Source: Bacteroidales bacterium (GTDB lineage Bacteria > Bacteroidota > Bacteroidia > Bacteroidales > UBA932). Taken from it: a stretch of DNA of 64,000 nt. Location: contig JAGCVJ010000014.1 of assembly GCA_017962375.1 (NCBI GenBank), positions 42,790 through 106,789 on the forward strand, given 5' to 3'. Both the position numbers and the translations under genes were made by a program. How positions within the stretch are numbered: position 1 is the stretch's first letter; each line of letters starts with the position of its first letter. The notes under the pieces are model-generated. The model ran no database searches and was not told where the DNA came from. It saw only the letters and a program-made list of their open reading frames with translations. Positions 54,839-64,000 of this stretch are shown here, one piece after another.

Positions 54839-57466
54839 ATGGAATCAAGAAAGATAAGAGAAACATTTCTGGAGTATTTCAGAAGCAAGGAGCACGAGAT
54901 AGTGCCGAGCGCGCCGATGGTGGTGAAGAATGACCCGACGCTGATGTTTACAAATGCAGGCATGAACCAGTTCAAGGACATATTCCTGGGCAATGCCGCG
55001 CCATTTGCCAAGAGAGCGGCGGATAGCCAGAAGTGCCTGAGAGTTAGTGGAAAACACAACGACTTGGAAGAAGTGGGGCACGATACCTACCATCACACAA
55101 TGTTTGAGATGCTGGGCAACTGGAGCTTCGGGGACTACTTCAAGAAAGAAGCCATTGAGTGGAGCTGGGAGCTGCTGACCAAGGTGTTTGGCATAGATCC
55201 GGGAAGGCTGTATGCTACGGTGTTTGAAGGATATGAGCCGGATGGCCTGGGAATGGATGAAGAGGCCAGAGACAACTGGCTGAAATTCCTGCCTGCCGAC
55301 AGAGTGCTGATGGGAAACAGGAAAGACAACTTCTGGGAGATGGGAGAGCAGGGTCCGTGCGGCCCGTGCAGCGAGGTGCATATAGATCTTCGCGATGATG
55401 ATGAAAGGGCAAAGGTGCCAGGGAGAGAACTGGTGAACAAGTCTGACCCTCTGGTAATTGAGATATGGAACCTGGTGTTCATGCAGTTCAACAGGAAGGC
55501 AGACGGAAGCCTGGAGAAACTCCCTCACAACAATGTAGATACGGGAATGGGATTCGAGAGGCTCTGCATGGCCCTGCAGGGAAAGAAGAGCAACTACGAC
55601 ACAGACGTGTTCACCCCGCTGCTGAACAAGGTTGGAGAGATTGCAGGTGTTAACTATGCAACTGCTGACGAGAAAGTCAGAGTGGCAATGAGAGTGGTGT
55701 CTGACCACGTGAGGGCAATAACGTTCTCCATTGCAGACGGGCAGCTGCCGTCTAACGTGAAGGCCGGATATGTGATCCGCAGGATTTTGCGAAGGGCGGT
55801 AAGATACGCCTACACATTCCTAGGAGTTAAAGAGCCGCTGCTGTTCAAGCTGGTGCCTACGCTGGTGGAACAGATGGGAGACTTCTATCCTGAGATCAGA
55901 AAGCAGGAGACGCTGATTTCCAAGGTGATCAAGGAAGAAGAAGACGCCTTCCTCAGGACTCTGGAAAGAGGAATCAGGCTGATGGACGAGGTAGTGGCCA
56001 AGTGCAAAAGCACAGGATCTTCCCTTGTAAACGGAACAGACGCGTTTGTATTGTATGACACATTCGGATTCCCGATAGACCTTACTGAACTTATTGCAAA
56101 GGAGAACTCTCTGGAAGTGGATCTTCCGGGCTTTGAGGCTGAGCTCAAGAAGCAGAAGGAAAGAAGCCGCAACGCGGACGCCAAGAAAGAAGGAGACTGG
56201 GTATATGTCCTGGATCCGGAAGAAGAGTCTGTGTTCACGGGATATGACAACATTTGTGAAGAAAGAGTTCAGATACTCCGCTACAGAGAAGTCAAGACCA
56301 AGGGCAAAGACCTGTTCCACTTAGTATTGTCCAAGACTCCGTTCTATGCCGAAAGCGGCGGACAGGTGGGAGACAAGGGATGGCTCTGCTCTGTTTCCGG
56401 AGAGAAAATCGCGATAATAAACACAGTAAAGGAAAACGGGCTGAGCATACACGTGGCAGAGAAAATGCCTTCTGACGTGAATGAGCTGTTCACGGCCCAG
56501 GTGGACGAGGAGCTCAGGCTCTCCACCACAGCCAACCACAGCGCCACCCACCTTCTGGACTATGCGCTGAGGAAAGTGCTCGGAACACACATTGAGCAGA
56601 AAGGCTCCTATGTAAGCCCTCAGAACCTGAGGTTCGACTTCTCACATTTCGAGAAAGTTTCTCCGGACAAGCTCCGCGAAGTGGAAAGGCTGGTGAATGC
56701 CCTTATCCGCAAGGATATCAAGAAGGAAGAAATGAGAGACATGCCGATAGAAGAAGCCAAGAAGCTTGGAGCAATTGCCCTCTTCGGCGAGAAATACGGA
56801 GACAAGGTAAGGGTGATCAAGTTTGCAGACAGCGTTGAGTTCTGCGGCGGAACCCACATTCCTTCCACCGGAATGATAGGCTATTTCAAGATCCTCAGCG
56901 AAAGCGCCATTGCAGCGGGAGTCAGAAGAATAGAGGCTACAACAGGAAAGAACGCGGAAGACATTATCTACGCTTCAGAAGACCTGATGCTGAACCTGAA
57001 GGAGCTGTTCAAGAACGCCCCTAACCTGATGGACAGCGCCAAGAGGATGATTCTTGAGAACGACCAGCTCCGCAAGCAGGCCGAGGACATGATGAAGGAG
57101 AAGGCCGTCACCCTCAAGGACAAAGCCAAGACTCTGGCGGAAAACATAAACGGAATAGACTTTATCCGCGTGAAAGGCGTGTTCCCGGCAGAACTTATGA
57201 AGACCGTGGCCTTTATGCTAAGGGCCGAATGCACGAGTACGGTATTTGCAGGCGGTATAGCAGATCCTGCAAAGCCGGGGCTGGTGCTGATGTACACCGA
57301 TGACCTGGTAGCCAAGGGAATGAACGCCGGCAAAGACATACGTCCTGCAGCCAAGTTCATAAACGGAGGCGGAGGCGGACAGCCGTTCTTCGCCAGCGCC
57401 GGAGGTAAGAATGCGGAAGGAATAGACGCTGCCCTGGATTGCATTAGAGAAAACCTGACCAAGTAA
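54839..57466 (+). CDS. alaS: Alanine-tRNA ligase
   Basis: ORF track, 875 aa. [15 protein letters not shown], and the HSATH editing motif (NHSATHLL). Confidence 0.97.
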   Translation: MESRKIRETFLEYFRSKEHEIVPSAPMVVKNDPTLMFTNAGMNQFKDIFLGNAAPFAKRAADSQKCLRVSGKHNDLEEVGHDTYHHTMFEMLGNWSFGDYFKKEAIEWSWELLTKVFGIDPGRLYATVFEGYEPDGLGMDEEARDNWLKFLPADRVLMGNRKDNFWEMGEQGPCGPCSEVHIDLRDDDERAKVPGRELVNKSDPLVIEIWNLVFMQFNRKADGSLEKLPHNNVDTGMGFERLCMALQGKKSNYDTDVFTPLLNKVGEIAGVNYATADEKVRVAMRVVSDHVRAITFSIADGQLPSNVKAGYVIRRILRRAVRYAYTFLGVKEPLLFKLVPTLVEQMGDFYPEIRKQETLISKVIKEEEDAFLRTLERGIRLMDEVVAKCKSTGSSLVNGTDAFVLYDTFGFPIDLTELIAKENSLEVDLPGFEAELKKQKERSRNADAKKEGDWVYVLDPEEESVFTGYDNICEERVQILRYREVKTKGKDLFHLVLSKTPFYAESGGQVGDKGWLCSVSGEKIAIINTVKENGLSIHVAEKMPSDVNELFTAQVDEELRLSTTANHSATHLLDYALRKVLGTHIEQKGSYVSPQNLRFDFSHFEKVSPDKLREVERLVNALIRKDIKKEEMRDMPIEEAKKLGAIALFGEKYGDKVRVIKFADSVEFCGGTHIPSTGMIGYFKILSESAIAAGVRRIEATTGKNAEDIIYASEDLMLNLKELFKNAPNLMDSAKRMILENDQLRKQAEDMMKEKAVTLKDKAKTLAENINGIDFIRVKGVFPAELMKTVAFMLRAECTSTVFAGGIADPAKPGLVLMYTDDLVAKGMNAGKDIRPAAKFINGGGGGQPFFASAGGKNAEGIDAALDCIRENLTK

Positions 57467-57472
57467 AGGGGG

Positions 57473-59026
57473 ATGAATTCAATTAAAGAGGCCATAAAGG
57501 GTTTCTTGAAGAAACTGGGAGTAAAGACTTTGGATATGTATATGCTGAAGTCTTTCCTGGGGCCTTTTATTGCCGTGTTCGCCATTGTCACCTTCATCCT
57601 GATGATGCAGTTCTTGTGGCTGTACATCGACGAGCTTGTAGGAAAGGGCTTGGGCTTCAAGGTTATAGCCCAGTTCCTTATGTGGGGAAGCTGCACGCTG
57701 ATTCCTTACGCCCTGCCGCTTGCCACCCTGCTGGCTTCCATCATGACAATGGGAAACCTGGGCGAGAACAGCGAGCTGCTCTCAATGAAAGCAGCCGGCA
57801 TCTCCCTCCAGAGAATAATCAGGCCGCTCAGCTATGTGGCCATAGTGATAGTTGTGGGAGCCTTCTTCGCTTCCAACAACCTAATTCCTGTAGCATACAA
57901 CAAGATCTACACCCTCAGGGAAGACATAACCAACACCAAGGAGGAGATCAAGATTCCGGTTGGCATATTCTACGACGGAATCGAGGGCTTCTCCATAAGG
58001 GTGGGTGCAAGAGACAAGAACATGCTCATGCACCAGATAATGATCTACAACCACACCAAGGAAAGCGGAAACTCAGACCTGACCATCGCCGATTCCGGAA
58101 GATTTTCCATCACTCCAGACAAGAAGGGATTCCTGATCACACTTTACAACGGCATCAACTACAAGGAAACCAACGAGCGCACCTATACCGACACCACTCT
58201 CCAGCTTCAGAGGATCAAGTTCAAGTTCCAGCAGATAGCCATCCCGCTTGAAAACTACGCTTTCAGCCAGAGCAAGGAAGGCAGGTACAGCGGAGAGGTA
58301 ATGGCAAAGAACATTACCCAGCTCAGCCGCGACAAGGATTCCCTTTCACACGCTAACGACTCTTCTTTGAACTACCACACCCAGAGGGCTATACACGGAG
58401 ACTGGCTGGGGCATCAGGACCAACTGGACACGGCCCGCAACAAGGGCTACCGAAAGAGCTTCAAGGCAGAGGAACTGTATAAATGGAAGACAGATGCAGA
58501 CAAGGTCAACGCCCTCCAGAGCGTGTACGGAGCCCTGAACAACGAGAAAGTTTCTCACTCGTTCTACAACGCCCAGATTTACCAGACCGCATATCCTCTC
58601 AGAAGAACCATCATAGAGAGATACCGCAAGTTCACCTTGAGCCTGGCCTGCCTGATTTTCTTCTTCATCGGCGCCCCTATTGGAGCCATCGTGAGGAAGG
58701 GCGGACTGGGAACGCCGGCCATTATCTCCATACTGTTCTTCGTGCTGTACTGGGTGGTGGACATCAGCGGAAAGAAACTGGCCAACGACGGAGCCATAAC
58801 CCCGTTCCTGGGAGCTTTCATTTCAACGATTGTACTTGCACCACTTGCGGCATTCCTAACCTGGAAATGCACCCAGGACTCCGTTACATTCAATCTTGAA
58901 ACTTTCGGAAAGGACATAAAGAACTTCTTCCAGAGACTTTTCAGCAAGACCAAGAGACTTCAGTATAAGCTCAACATGCAGAAGATCCTCAAAGAGGAAG
59001 AAGAGAAGATGCAACAGAATGGATAA
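57473..59026 (+). CDS. LptF/LptG (YjgP/YjgQ) family permease
   Basis: ORF track, 517 aa. LDMYMLKSFLGPFIAVF motif. Six TM helices with a periplasmic insert. Confidence 0.85.
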   Translation: MNSIKEAIKGFLKKLGVKTLDMYMLKSFLGPFIAVFAIVTFILMMQFLWLYIDELVGKGLGFKVIAQFLMWGSCTLIPYALPLATLLASIMTMGNLGENSELLSMKAAGISLQRIIRPLSYVAIVIVVGAFFASNNLIPVAYNKIYTLREDITNTKEEIKIPVGIFYDGIEGFSIRVGARDKNMLMHQIMIYNHTKESGNSDLTIADSGRFSITPDKKGFLITLYNGINYKETNERTYTDTTLQLQRIKFKFQQIAIPLENYAFSQSKEGRYSGEVMAKNITQLSRDKDSLSHANDSSLNYHTQRAIHGDWLGHQDQLDTARNKGYRKSFKAEELYKWKTDADKVNALQSVYGALNNEKVSHSFYNAQIYQTAYPLRRTIIERYRKFTLSLACLIFFFIGAPIGAIVRKGGLGTPAIISILFFVLYWVVDISGKKLANDGAITPFLGAFISTIVLAPLAAFLTWKCTQDSVTFNLETFGKDIKNFFQRLFSKTKRLQYKLNMQKILKEEEEKMQQNG

Positions 59027-59981
59027 GAAGACAAGAATCATCTATATGGGCACTCCGGAATTTGCGGTGGGCCCGCTGAAGGCGTTGCTGGATGCCGGAT
59101 ATGACATTCCGGCGGTGGTAACCGTTCCCGACAAGCCTAAAGGCAGAGGGCTGCAGATGGCCCAGAGCGATGTTAAAAAGTTTGCTCTCGAAAGAGGAAA
59201 CATAGACATCCTCCAGCCGGAAAAACTCCGCGACGAAAACTTCCTCTCCCGGCTTAAAAGCTACAATGCCGATCTTTTTATCGTGGTGGCTTTCAGGATG
59301 CTGCCGGAAGTTGTCTGGAAGATGCCCAAGATGGGAACTTTCAACCTTCACGCCTCTCTTCTGCCAAAGTTCAGGGGCGCCGCCCCTATCAACTGGGCCA
59401 TAATCCAGAGAGAAAAGGAAACCGGAGTCGCCACGTTCTTCATCGACGATAAAATAGATACTGGCTGCATCCTTCTCCAGGAAAAATGCCCAATTGAGGA
59501 AAGGGAAACCGTGGAGACTCTTCACGACAAACTGATGGAAATGGGCTCAAGCCTTGTAGTCAAGACCGTACAGGAGCTTGAAAAAGGCACGATTACGCCT
59601 CAGCCTCAGGACGCTTCTTCTCTCACCGAGACAAACTCTGCCGCTCCAAAGCTCAACAAGACCAACTGCAGAATAGACTGGAGCAGAACCGCCGAAGAAT
59701 GCGACGCCCTGGTAAGGGGCCTCTCTCCTTTTCCCGCAGCCCTGGCTACAATGGAAACCGGCAGCGGAGAAACTGTGGAGATGAAAATCTTTGCAACGGA
59801 ACTCTCAGACAAAAAAGCGGGGAAAGTTATCTTTACAGACAAGTCCATATTTGTTCCTTGCTCAGACAAGATGCTGGAGATAACCTCTTTGCAGCCGGCC
59901 GGCAAAAAGAGAATGGGCGCAAAAGACTTCATAAACGGCCACAAAAACCTCATCGACGATGAAAACATCCGCTTCTTCTGA
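59019..59981 (+). CDS. fmt: Methionyl-tRNA formyltransferase
   Basis: ORF track, 320 aa. IIYMGTPEFAV, NLHASLLPKFRGAAPI motifs. Confidence 0.95.
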   Translation: MDKKTRIIYMGTPEFAVGPLKALLDAGYDIPAVVTVPDKPKGRGLQMAQSDVKKFALERGNIDILQPEKLRDENFLSRLKSYNADLFIVVAFRMLPEVVWKMPKMGTFNLHASLLPKFRGAAPINWAIIQREKETGVATFFIDDKIDTGCILLQEKCPIEERETVETLHDKLMEMGSSLVVKTVQELEKGTITPQPQDASSLTETNSAAPKLNKTNCRIDWSRTAEECDALVRGLSPFPAALATMETGSGETVEMKIFATELSDKKAGKVIFTDKSIFVPCSDKMLEITSLQPAGKKRMGAKDFINGHKNLIDDENIRFF

Positions 59982-60645
59982 AAAGACAATTGTCATTCTC
60001 TGCGACGGAAATTTCCCTTCTAAAGGCAAAGCCAGAAAACTCCTGGAAAAGGCCTCCAAGAAGGACCATGTTCTAATTGCCTGTGACGGGGCCGTCTTGA
60101 GCCTGGTCAAAAACGGGATGAGCGCAGACCACATAGTGGGCGACATGGACACTCTTCCCAAGAAGTGGCAGCAGAAATTCAAGGCCATAATCCACAAGGA
60201 AGAAGAACAGGATTTCAATGACCTTTGCAAGGCTTTCCGCTTTGCCATGGGGCTGATAGACAGCTCTACCAGCAACATCGTGATACTGGGAGCCACCGGC
60301 AAGAGGGAAGACCATTCTCTTGGCAACATCTCCTACCTTCCGCTCTTTGCCCAGACTCTCAGAGAGAAATTCCCGAAGCAGAAAATCAATATCTCAATGG
60401 CAACAGACTATGGCGTGTTTGTCCCGGTCCTTAACACCACAAGGCTGAAAGGAGAAATCGGTGACAAGATCTCCATATTCGCCTTTGACAACACGCTTCA
60501 GATAAAGTCCACGGGCCTTGAATACAAGACCGATGACGTTGTGTTTGACCTGTGGTGGAAAGCCACTCTGAACACATTCAAAAAGCGGGATGTGCTGCTT
60601 AAGTTCAGCCATCCCGCCAAAGCCTTGCTTTATTTTCCTTTCTAA
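59959..60645 (+). CDS. Thiamine diphosphokinase
   Basis: ORF track, 228 aa. IVGDMDTL and ILGATGKREDHSLGNI motifs. Confidence 0.85.
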   Translation: MKTSASSEKTIVILCDGNFPSKGKARKLLEKASKKDHVLIACDGAVLSLVKNGMSADHIVGDMDTLPKKWQQKFKAIIHKEEEQDFNDLCKAFRFAMGLIDSSTSNIVILGATGKREDHSLGNISYLPLFAQTLREKFPKQKINISMATDYGVFVPVLNTTRLKGEIGDKISIFAFDNTLQIKSTGLEYKTDDVVFDLWWKATLNTFKKRDVLLKFSHPAKALLYFPF

Positions 60646-62309
60646 GCCAGGAACATTCCTACCATTGCGGCTGAAACCAGTGCAACGAGGGCAGATCCGA
60701 GCAATGCCCTGATTCCGTATTCGCCGAGTATGGACTGCTTGTTAGGAGCCATGCCTCCGACACCTCCGATTATGATACCGATAGAGGCGAAGTTTGCGAA
60801 TCCGCAGAGCACGTAAGTTGCCATCACGATGGACTTAGGAGAAGAGAATACACTGTTCTGGAGCATCTCGGTAAGAGAGCCGTAGCCGATGAACTCGGTG
60901 AGGATGAGTTTCTCTCCGAGGAGTCTTCCCACATAACCTATATCCGCGCTCGGAACTCCGATGAGCCAGATGATCGGATAGAACAAGTATGAGAGTATGC
61001 ACTCCAATGAGAGGTCTGTGTACCTTCCCTCTGTAGCTGCGGCAATCCAGCGGTCCATAGCCGGGAAGCTTATGATGTTCAGAATGTAGTTTACACCTGC
61101 AATCAGAGCGTAGAATACCAGCAGCATCGCTGCCACGTTTGCGGCGAGCTTCAGACCCTGGGTTGTTCCTATTGATATGGCATCCAGCACGTTGCTTCCG
61201 AGTTTTTCCTTGGAAACCTGTACGGAGTTATCTATCTTCTCGGTCTCTGGCTTGAGGATCTTGGCCATTGCGATTGCTCCAGGAGCCGCCATCACGGAGG
61301 CGCTCAGAAGGTGCTTTGCAAATTCTACTGTCATCACCGGATCTCCGCATCCCAGCATTCCGATATATGCCGCCAGCACTCCACCACTCATCGTGGCCAT
61401 ACCGGACACCATAATCAGCATAAGTTCGCTTCGGCTCATTCTAGGAATATATTCCTTGACCATCAGCGGAGCCTCGGTCTGACCCAGGAAGACGTTTCCG
61501 GCGCAAGACAAAGACTCAGCACCTGAAATGTTCATAAGCTTGGTCATTATCCATCCCATAAACCATACGACCTTCTGCAGAATGCCGAGATAGAACAGCA
61601 AGCTAGTCAGGGCTGAGAAGAATACGATGGTAGGAAGAATCTGGAATACGAAAATATATCCTATGCTCGTGGTGTCCATCAAAGGACCGAACAAAAAGTC
61701 TGCACCCGCCTTGGTCCAGCCCAAGACGGCCACGAAGCATTTGCCGAATACCTCGAAGAATTTCTGAACCGGAGGGAACATCAATACGCAGAACGCAATG
61801 ATGAACTGCAGCAGCAGAGCCATGCCCACAGTCCTCCAGTTAACCTTCTTGCGGTCAGTTGAGAACAGCCAGGCTATCAGCACGATAACTGCAATACCAA
61901 GGATTCCCTTTCCTATTGCTCCGGCACTGAAATGCAGTTCCTTTTCCTGCAGAATCCTGCTGAACATCTCCTTACGTTTAGCCAGTTGCTCATCCTTTGA
62001 GATTTCGTCAGGATTGACGCTCCCTGCTGAAATACTCTGAGCTGACGCATTTTCAACTTCAGCAGCATCTGCTCCGGCAACTTCAGCTACGGTCTCTGAG
62101 GTTTGAGGTTCAGCAGCCTGCGGCTGTTCAACCTGGGCGGTAGCTGTTGGTTCATTCTGGTTAGTTACCGCTGCATTCACAATGCCGCATACAAATCCCA
62201 CGGCAATGATAACCAGCGCAACCTTCAGAAACTTAGGCCCCATGAATCCAATCCTGGGCCCGCTTTTCTTTGTAGTTTTCTTCATATAGATTTGGTTTTG
62301 TCTTTCCAA
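60642..62309 (-). CDS. NupC/CNT-family nucleoside transporter with an N-terminal extension of roughly 125 aa
   Basis: ORF track, 555 aa, with a TTG start at 62309; the first ATG is at 62285 (MKKTTKK). CNT core begins around ..ILGIAVIVLIAWLFSTDRKKVNWR. Confidence 0.85.
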   Translation of the reverse strand: MERQNQIYMKKTTKKSGPRIGFMGPKFLKVALVIIAVGFVCGIVNAAVTNQNEPTATAQVEQPQAAEPQTSETVAEVAGADAAEVENASAQSISAGSVNPDEISKDEQLAKRKEMFSRILQEKELHFSAGAIGKGILGIAVIVLIAWLFSTDRKKVNWRTVGMALLLQFIIAFCVLMFPPVQKFFEVFGKCFVAVLGWTKAGADFLFGPLMDTTSIGYIFVFQILPTIVFFSALTSLLFYLGILQKVVWFMGWIMTKLMNISGAESLSCAGNVFLGQTEAPLMVKEYIPRMSRSELMLIMVSGMATMSGGVLAAYIGMLGCGDPVMTVEFAKHLLSASVMAAPGAIAMAKILKPETEKIDNSVQVSKEKLGSNVLDAISIGTTQGLKLAANVAAMLLVFYALIAGVNYILNIISFPAMDRWIAAATEGRYTDLSLECILSYLFYPIIWLIGVPSADIGYVGRLLGEKLILTEFIGYGSLTEMLQNSVFSSPKSIVMATYVLCGFANFASIGIIIGGVGGMAPNKQSILGEYGIRALLGSALVALVSAAMVGMFLA

Positions 62310-62336
62310 ACTGCATTGATATTACAAATATACAAT

Positions 62337-63014
62337 TTATTGGTGCAATTCGGGAATTGGATCCAAGATTATACCCTTGCTGCGGAATTCTCGAAGATTG
62401 TGCATCTTGGTAAGTATCATGTCTGAAGGTATTGTAAAAGTCATATATCTCTGAATAAACTCTTCTTCCGTCATACCTTCTTCCAAGTCTTCAATAACGC
62501 ACTCAGGTAACTTCAGGCGCCAATGAACCTGCTCACAGCCTGTGGATGAGGAAATAATTGTCAAGTATGCCCGTCCATCTGTATCTGTATTTAAAGGATC
62601 ACTTAGCTTTAAAACAACCTCTCCAGTATTTATATCATACTCGGAGGTTATAATATTAACATTATAATGCTCCTGCTCAAACAAAACAGAAACTTCGGCC
62701 CTATCTGTCATACCAAGAAATCTGTTCAGATCTGACAACCTGTTTACTATTATGCTATCGTTCTTGTAGTACAATATACTTGCAATATAAGAATTCGCTC
62801 CTAATCCAGAAGTGTCAAATCTGTCCATTTGGCGGCGGAGAGCTTTTATTTTTAAAATGAATATTTCATTGTCATCTAGGTTGACATACTTCCAATATCC
62901 CTGATAAAAAGATGGTTGGTCTTCTTCAGGTAAAGAAATAAGTTCCTGAGCAAAAAGGTTTTTAGGAAAAAGTACAAAACCAATTAGCAAAATCATTAAA
63001 AAACACTGTTTCAT
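62337..63014 (-). CDS. AT-rich small secreted protein; candidate immunity-type partner of the upstream gene
   Basis: ORF track, 225 aa. Signal peptide MKQCFLMILLIGFVLFPKNLFAQ. Starts 8 nt after the upstream stop. No family recognised. Confidence 0.6.
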   Translation of the reverse strand: MKQCFLMILLIGFVLFPKNLFAQELISLPEEDQPSFYQGYWKYVNLDDNEIFILKIKALRRQMDRFDTSGLGANSYIASILYYKNDSIIVNRLSDLNRFLGMTDRAEVSVLFEQEHYNVNIITSEYDINTGEVVLKLSDPLNTDTDGRAYLTIISSSTGCEQVHWRLKLPECVIEDLEEGMTEEEFIQRYMTFTIPSDMILTKMHNLREFRSKGIILDPIPELHQ

Positions 63015-63022
63015 ATCTGTTT

Positions 63023-64000
63023 TTATTGAATAATCATACGATTACAATCAAAGGGCTGGACATAATCATAATCTATATTCTTCCACCCTATATCTAAACT
63101 CAAGGTATCGATAGCATTATCATACAAACTTGTTTCTCCAAAAAACACTTCAAATCCTATTCCCTCTAAAACTTCTCTTATTCGTTGCACTCTATTGAAA
63201 TCCGAGGTGTACTTAGAGCTATCAAACATATCATCAAAAAAGTGTCGTAGGTTTCTTGTAAGTGTTCCATATGATTTTTCTTGTATAAAGGTATTAAAAG
63301 TTGCTTGATCTCGGAGCCTAACTATCAGAACATTACTTGCCGTAACTATGCCGTATGTGAAATCCAAAGGTGAATTGGCGCGAGAGCTGAAATCATTACA
63401 CATTGCAGCAAAATCTGCTGAAGTCATACCTATACTTCCTTCAGGATGAAGGTGAAAATGATACACTCTGTTCACACTAACAGGTACAGGAACACTGTGA
63501 TGCCCGCCTTTAATTACGATATCAGAGGAAGAACCGGCTATTCTCAATACAGCGTACTCCCTGAGGGAGTCGCCAGGAAAAGATCTCTGTATAAATTGTT
63601 TTGCAAGCAATTTTCTTACAGCTTCAGGAATATTCTCATTTTCTGACAATAATGCTAAGCGAGTACAAGCGTCGTTAAAGGTATAACTTGCAACAAAACT
63701 CATAGTGCTCTGGACATTATGAATTTGCAGATAATTACCAGAAAAGGAAACATTGCTGCCAGCATTGCCCATCATATTCAAAGCTTTGAACCAGCAGCTA
63801 TCAGAATATTTCTTTGGTATTTCGATATAAGGAGAAGGAGAGCCTTCTACTATATCATCTTGATAGATTACTGCCTGGTGACAACCCCCGGAAAGAACCG
63901 TTACCGTATAATAGGTTTTGTTATTTTGAATATTACCACCTCCATATCCCGGATCTGGAGGAATTCCGCCTCCATCATAATTACCTGTCTGATAATCTAA
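63023..64000 (-). CDS. C-terminal part of a larger protein, open to the window edge: Gly-rich linker followed by a JAB/MPN-like domain
   Basis: The track lists 63023..63781 from a TTG start. The same frame has no stop up to position 64000 (hand translation LDYQTGNYDGGGIPPDPGYGGGNIQNNKTYY..). REYAVLRI..HFHLHPEGSIGMTSADF matches E..HxHx7[ST]xxD. Confidence 0.55.
   Translation of the reverse strand, partial: LDYQTGNYDGGGIPPDPGYGGGNIQNNKTYYTVTVLSGGCHQAVIYQDDIVEGSPSPYIEIPKKYSDSCWFKALNMMGNAGSNVSFSGNYLQIHNVQSTMSFVASYTFNDACTRLALLSENENIPEAVRKLLAKQFIQRSFPGDSLREYAVLRIAGSSSDIVIKGGHHSVPVPVSVNRVYHFHLHPEGSIGMTSADFAAMCNDFSSRANSPLDFTYGIVTASNVLIVRLRDQATFNTFIQEKSYGTLTRNLRHFFDDMFDSSKYTSDFNRVQRIREVLEGIGFEVFFGETSLYDNAIDTLSLDIGWKNIDYDYVQPFDCNRMIIQ

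Noticed and set aside
54637-55059. 140-aa minus-strand ORF across the alaS start
   Set aside because: It overlaps the alaS promoter and the N-terminal coding region in antisense. It consists of an AT-rich hydrophobic run-on with no motifs.
1-64000. CRISPR arrays, IS elements or transposases, integrases, prophage genes, rRNA or tRNA genes
   Set aside because: No direct-repeat/spacer periodicity, no DDE or tyrosine-recombinase-like ORFs, and no cloverleaf-like intergenic sequences were seen by eye. No intergenic gap is long enough to hide an rRNA.

Overview
Chromosomal window from a Bacteroidota, most likely Bacteroidales. Support: TAnnTTTG-type -7 promoter boxes, many lipoproteins, an rnfBCDGEA operon, and a guaB / SurA-like / OstA-like gene order. 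No database search was possible.

About 48 kb (13.9-62.3 kb) is ordinary core genome: guaB, rpsO, pnp, glyA, rnf, dnaB, alaS, fmt, an LptF/G-type permease, peptidases and transporters.

Three parts look accessory:
1. Positions 1-13,860, the main signal. Six tandem minus-strand cassettes, each built as promoter box, small acidic ORF (18-50 codons, below the ORF-track cutoff), large modular surface lipoprotein, hairpin terminator. The lipoproteins have a pilin-like N-domain and shuffled C-terminal modules. I do not recognise this pairing as a described system.
2. A roughly 1 kb AT-rich islet (53.8-54.8 kb) carrying one secreted ORFan.
3. An AT-rich block at the right edge (62.3-64.0 kb). It holds the C-terminus of a larger protein, with a Gly-rich linker followed by a JAB/MPN-like HxH..D motif. 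A small secreted protein follows 8 nt downstream. This is a possible toxin/immunity pair.

No rRNA, tRNA, CRISPR array, transposase or integrase was seen. All family calls rest on motif recognition by eye. Hand-placed small features (promoter boxes, hairpins, small ORFs) may be off by 1-2 nt.
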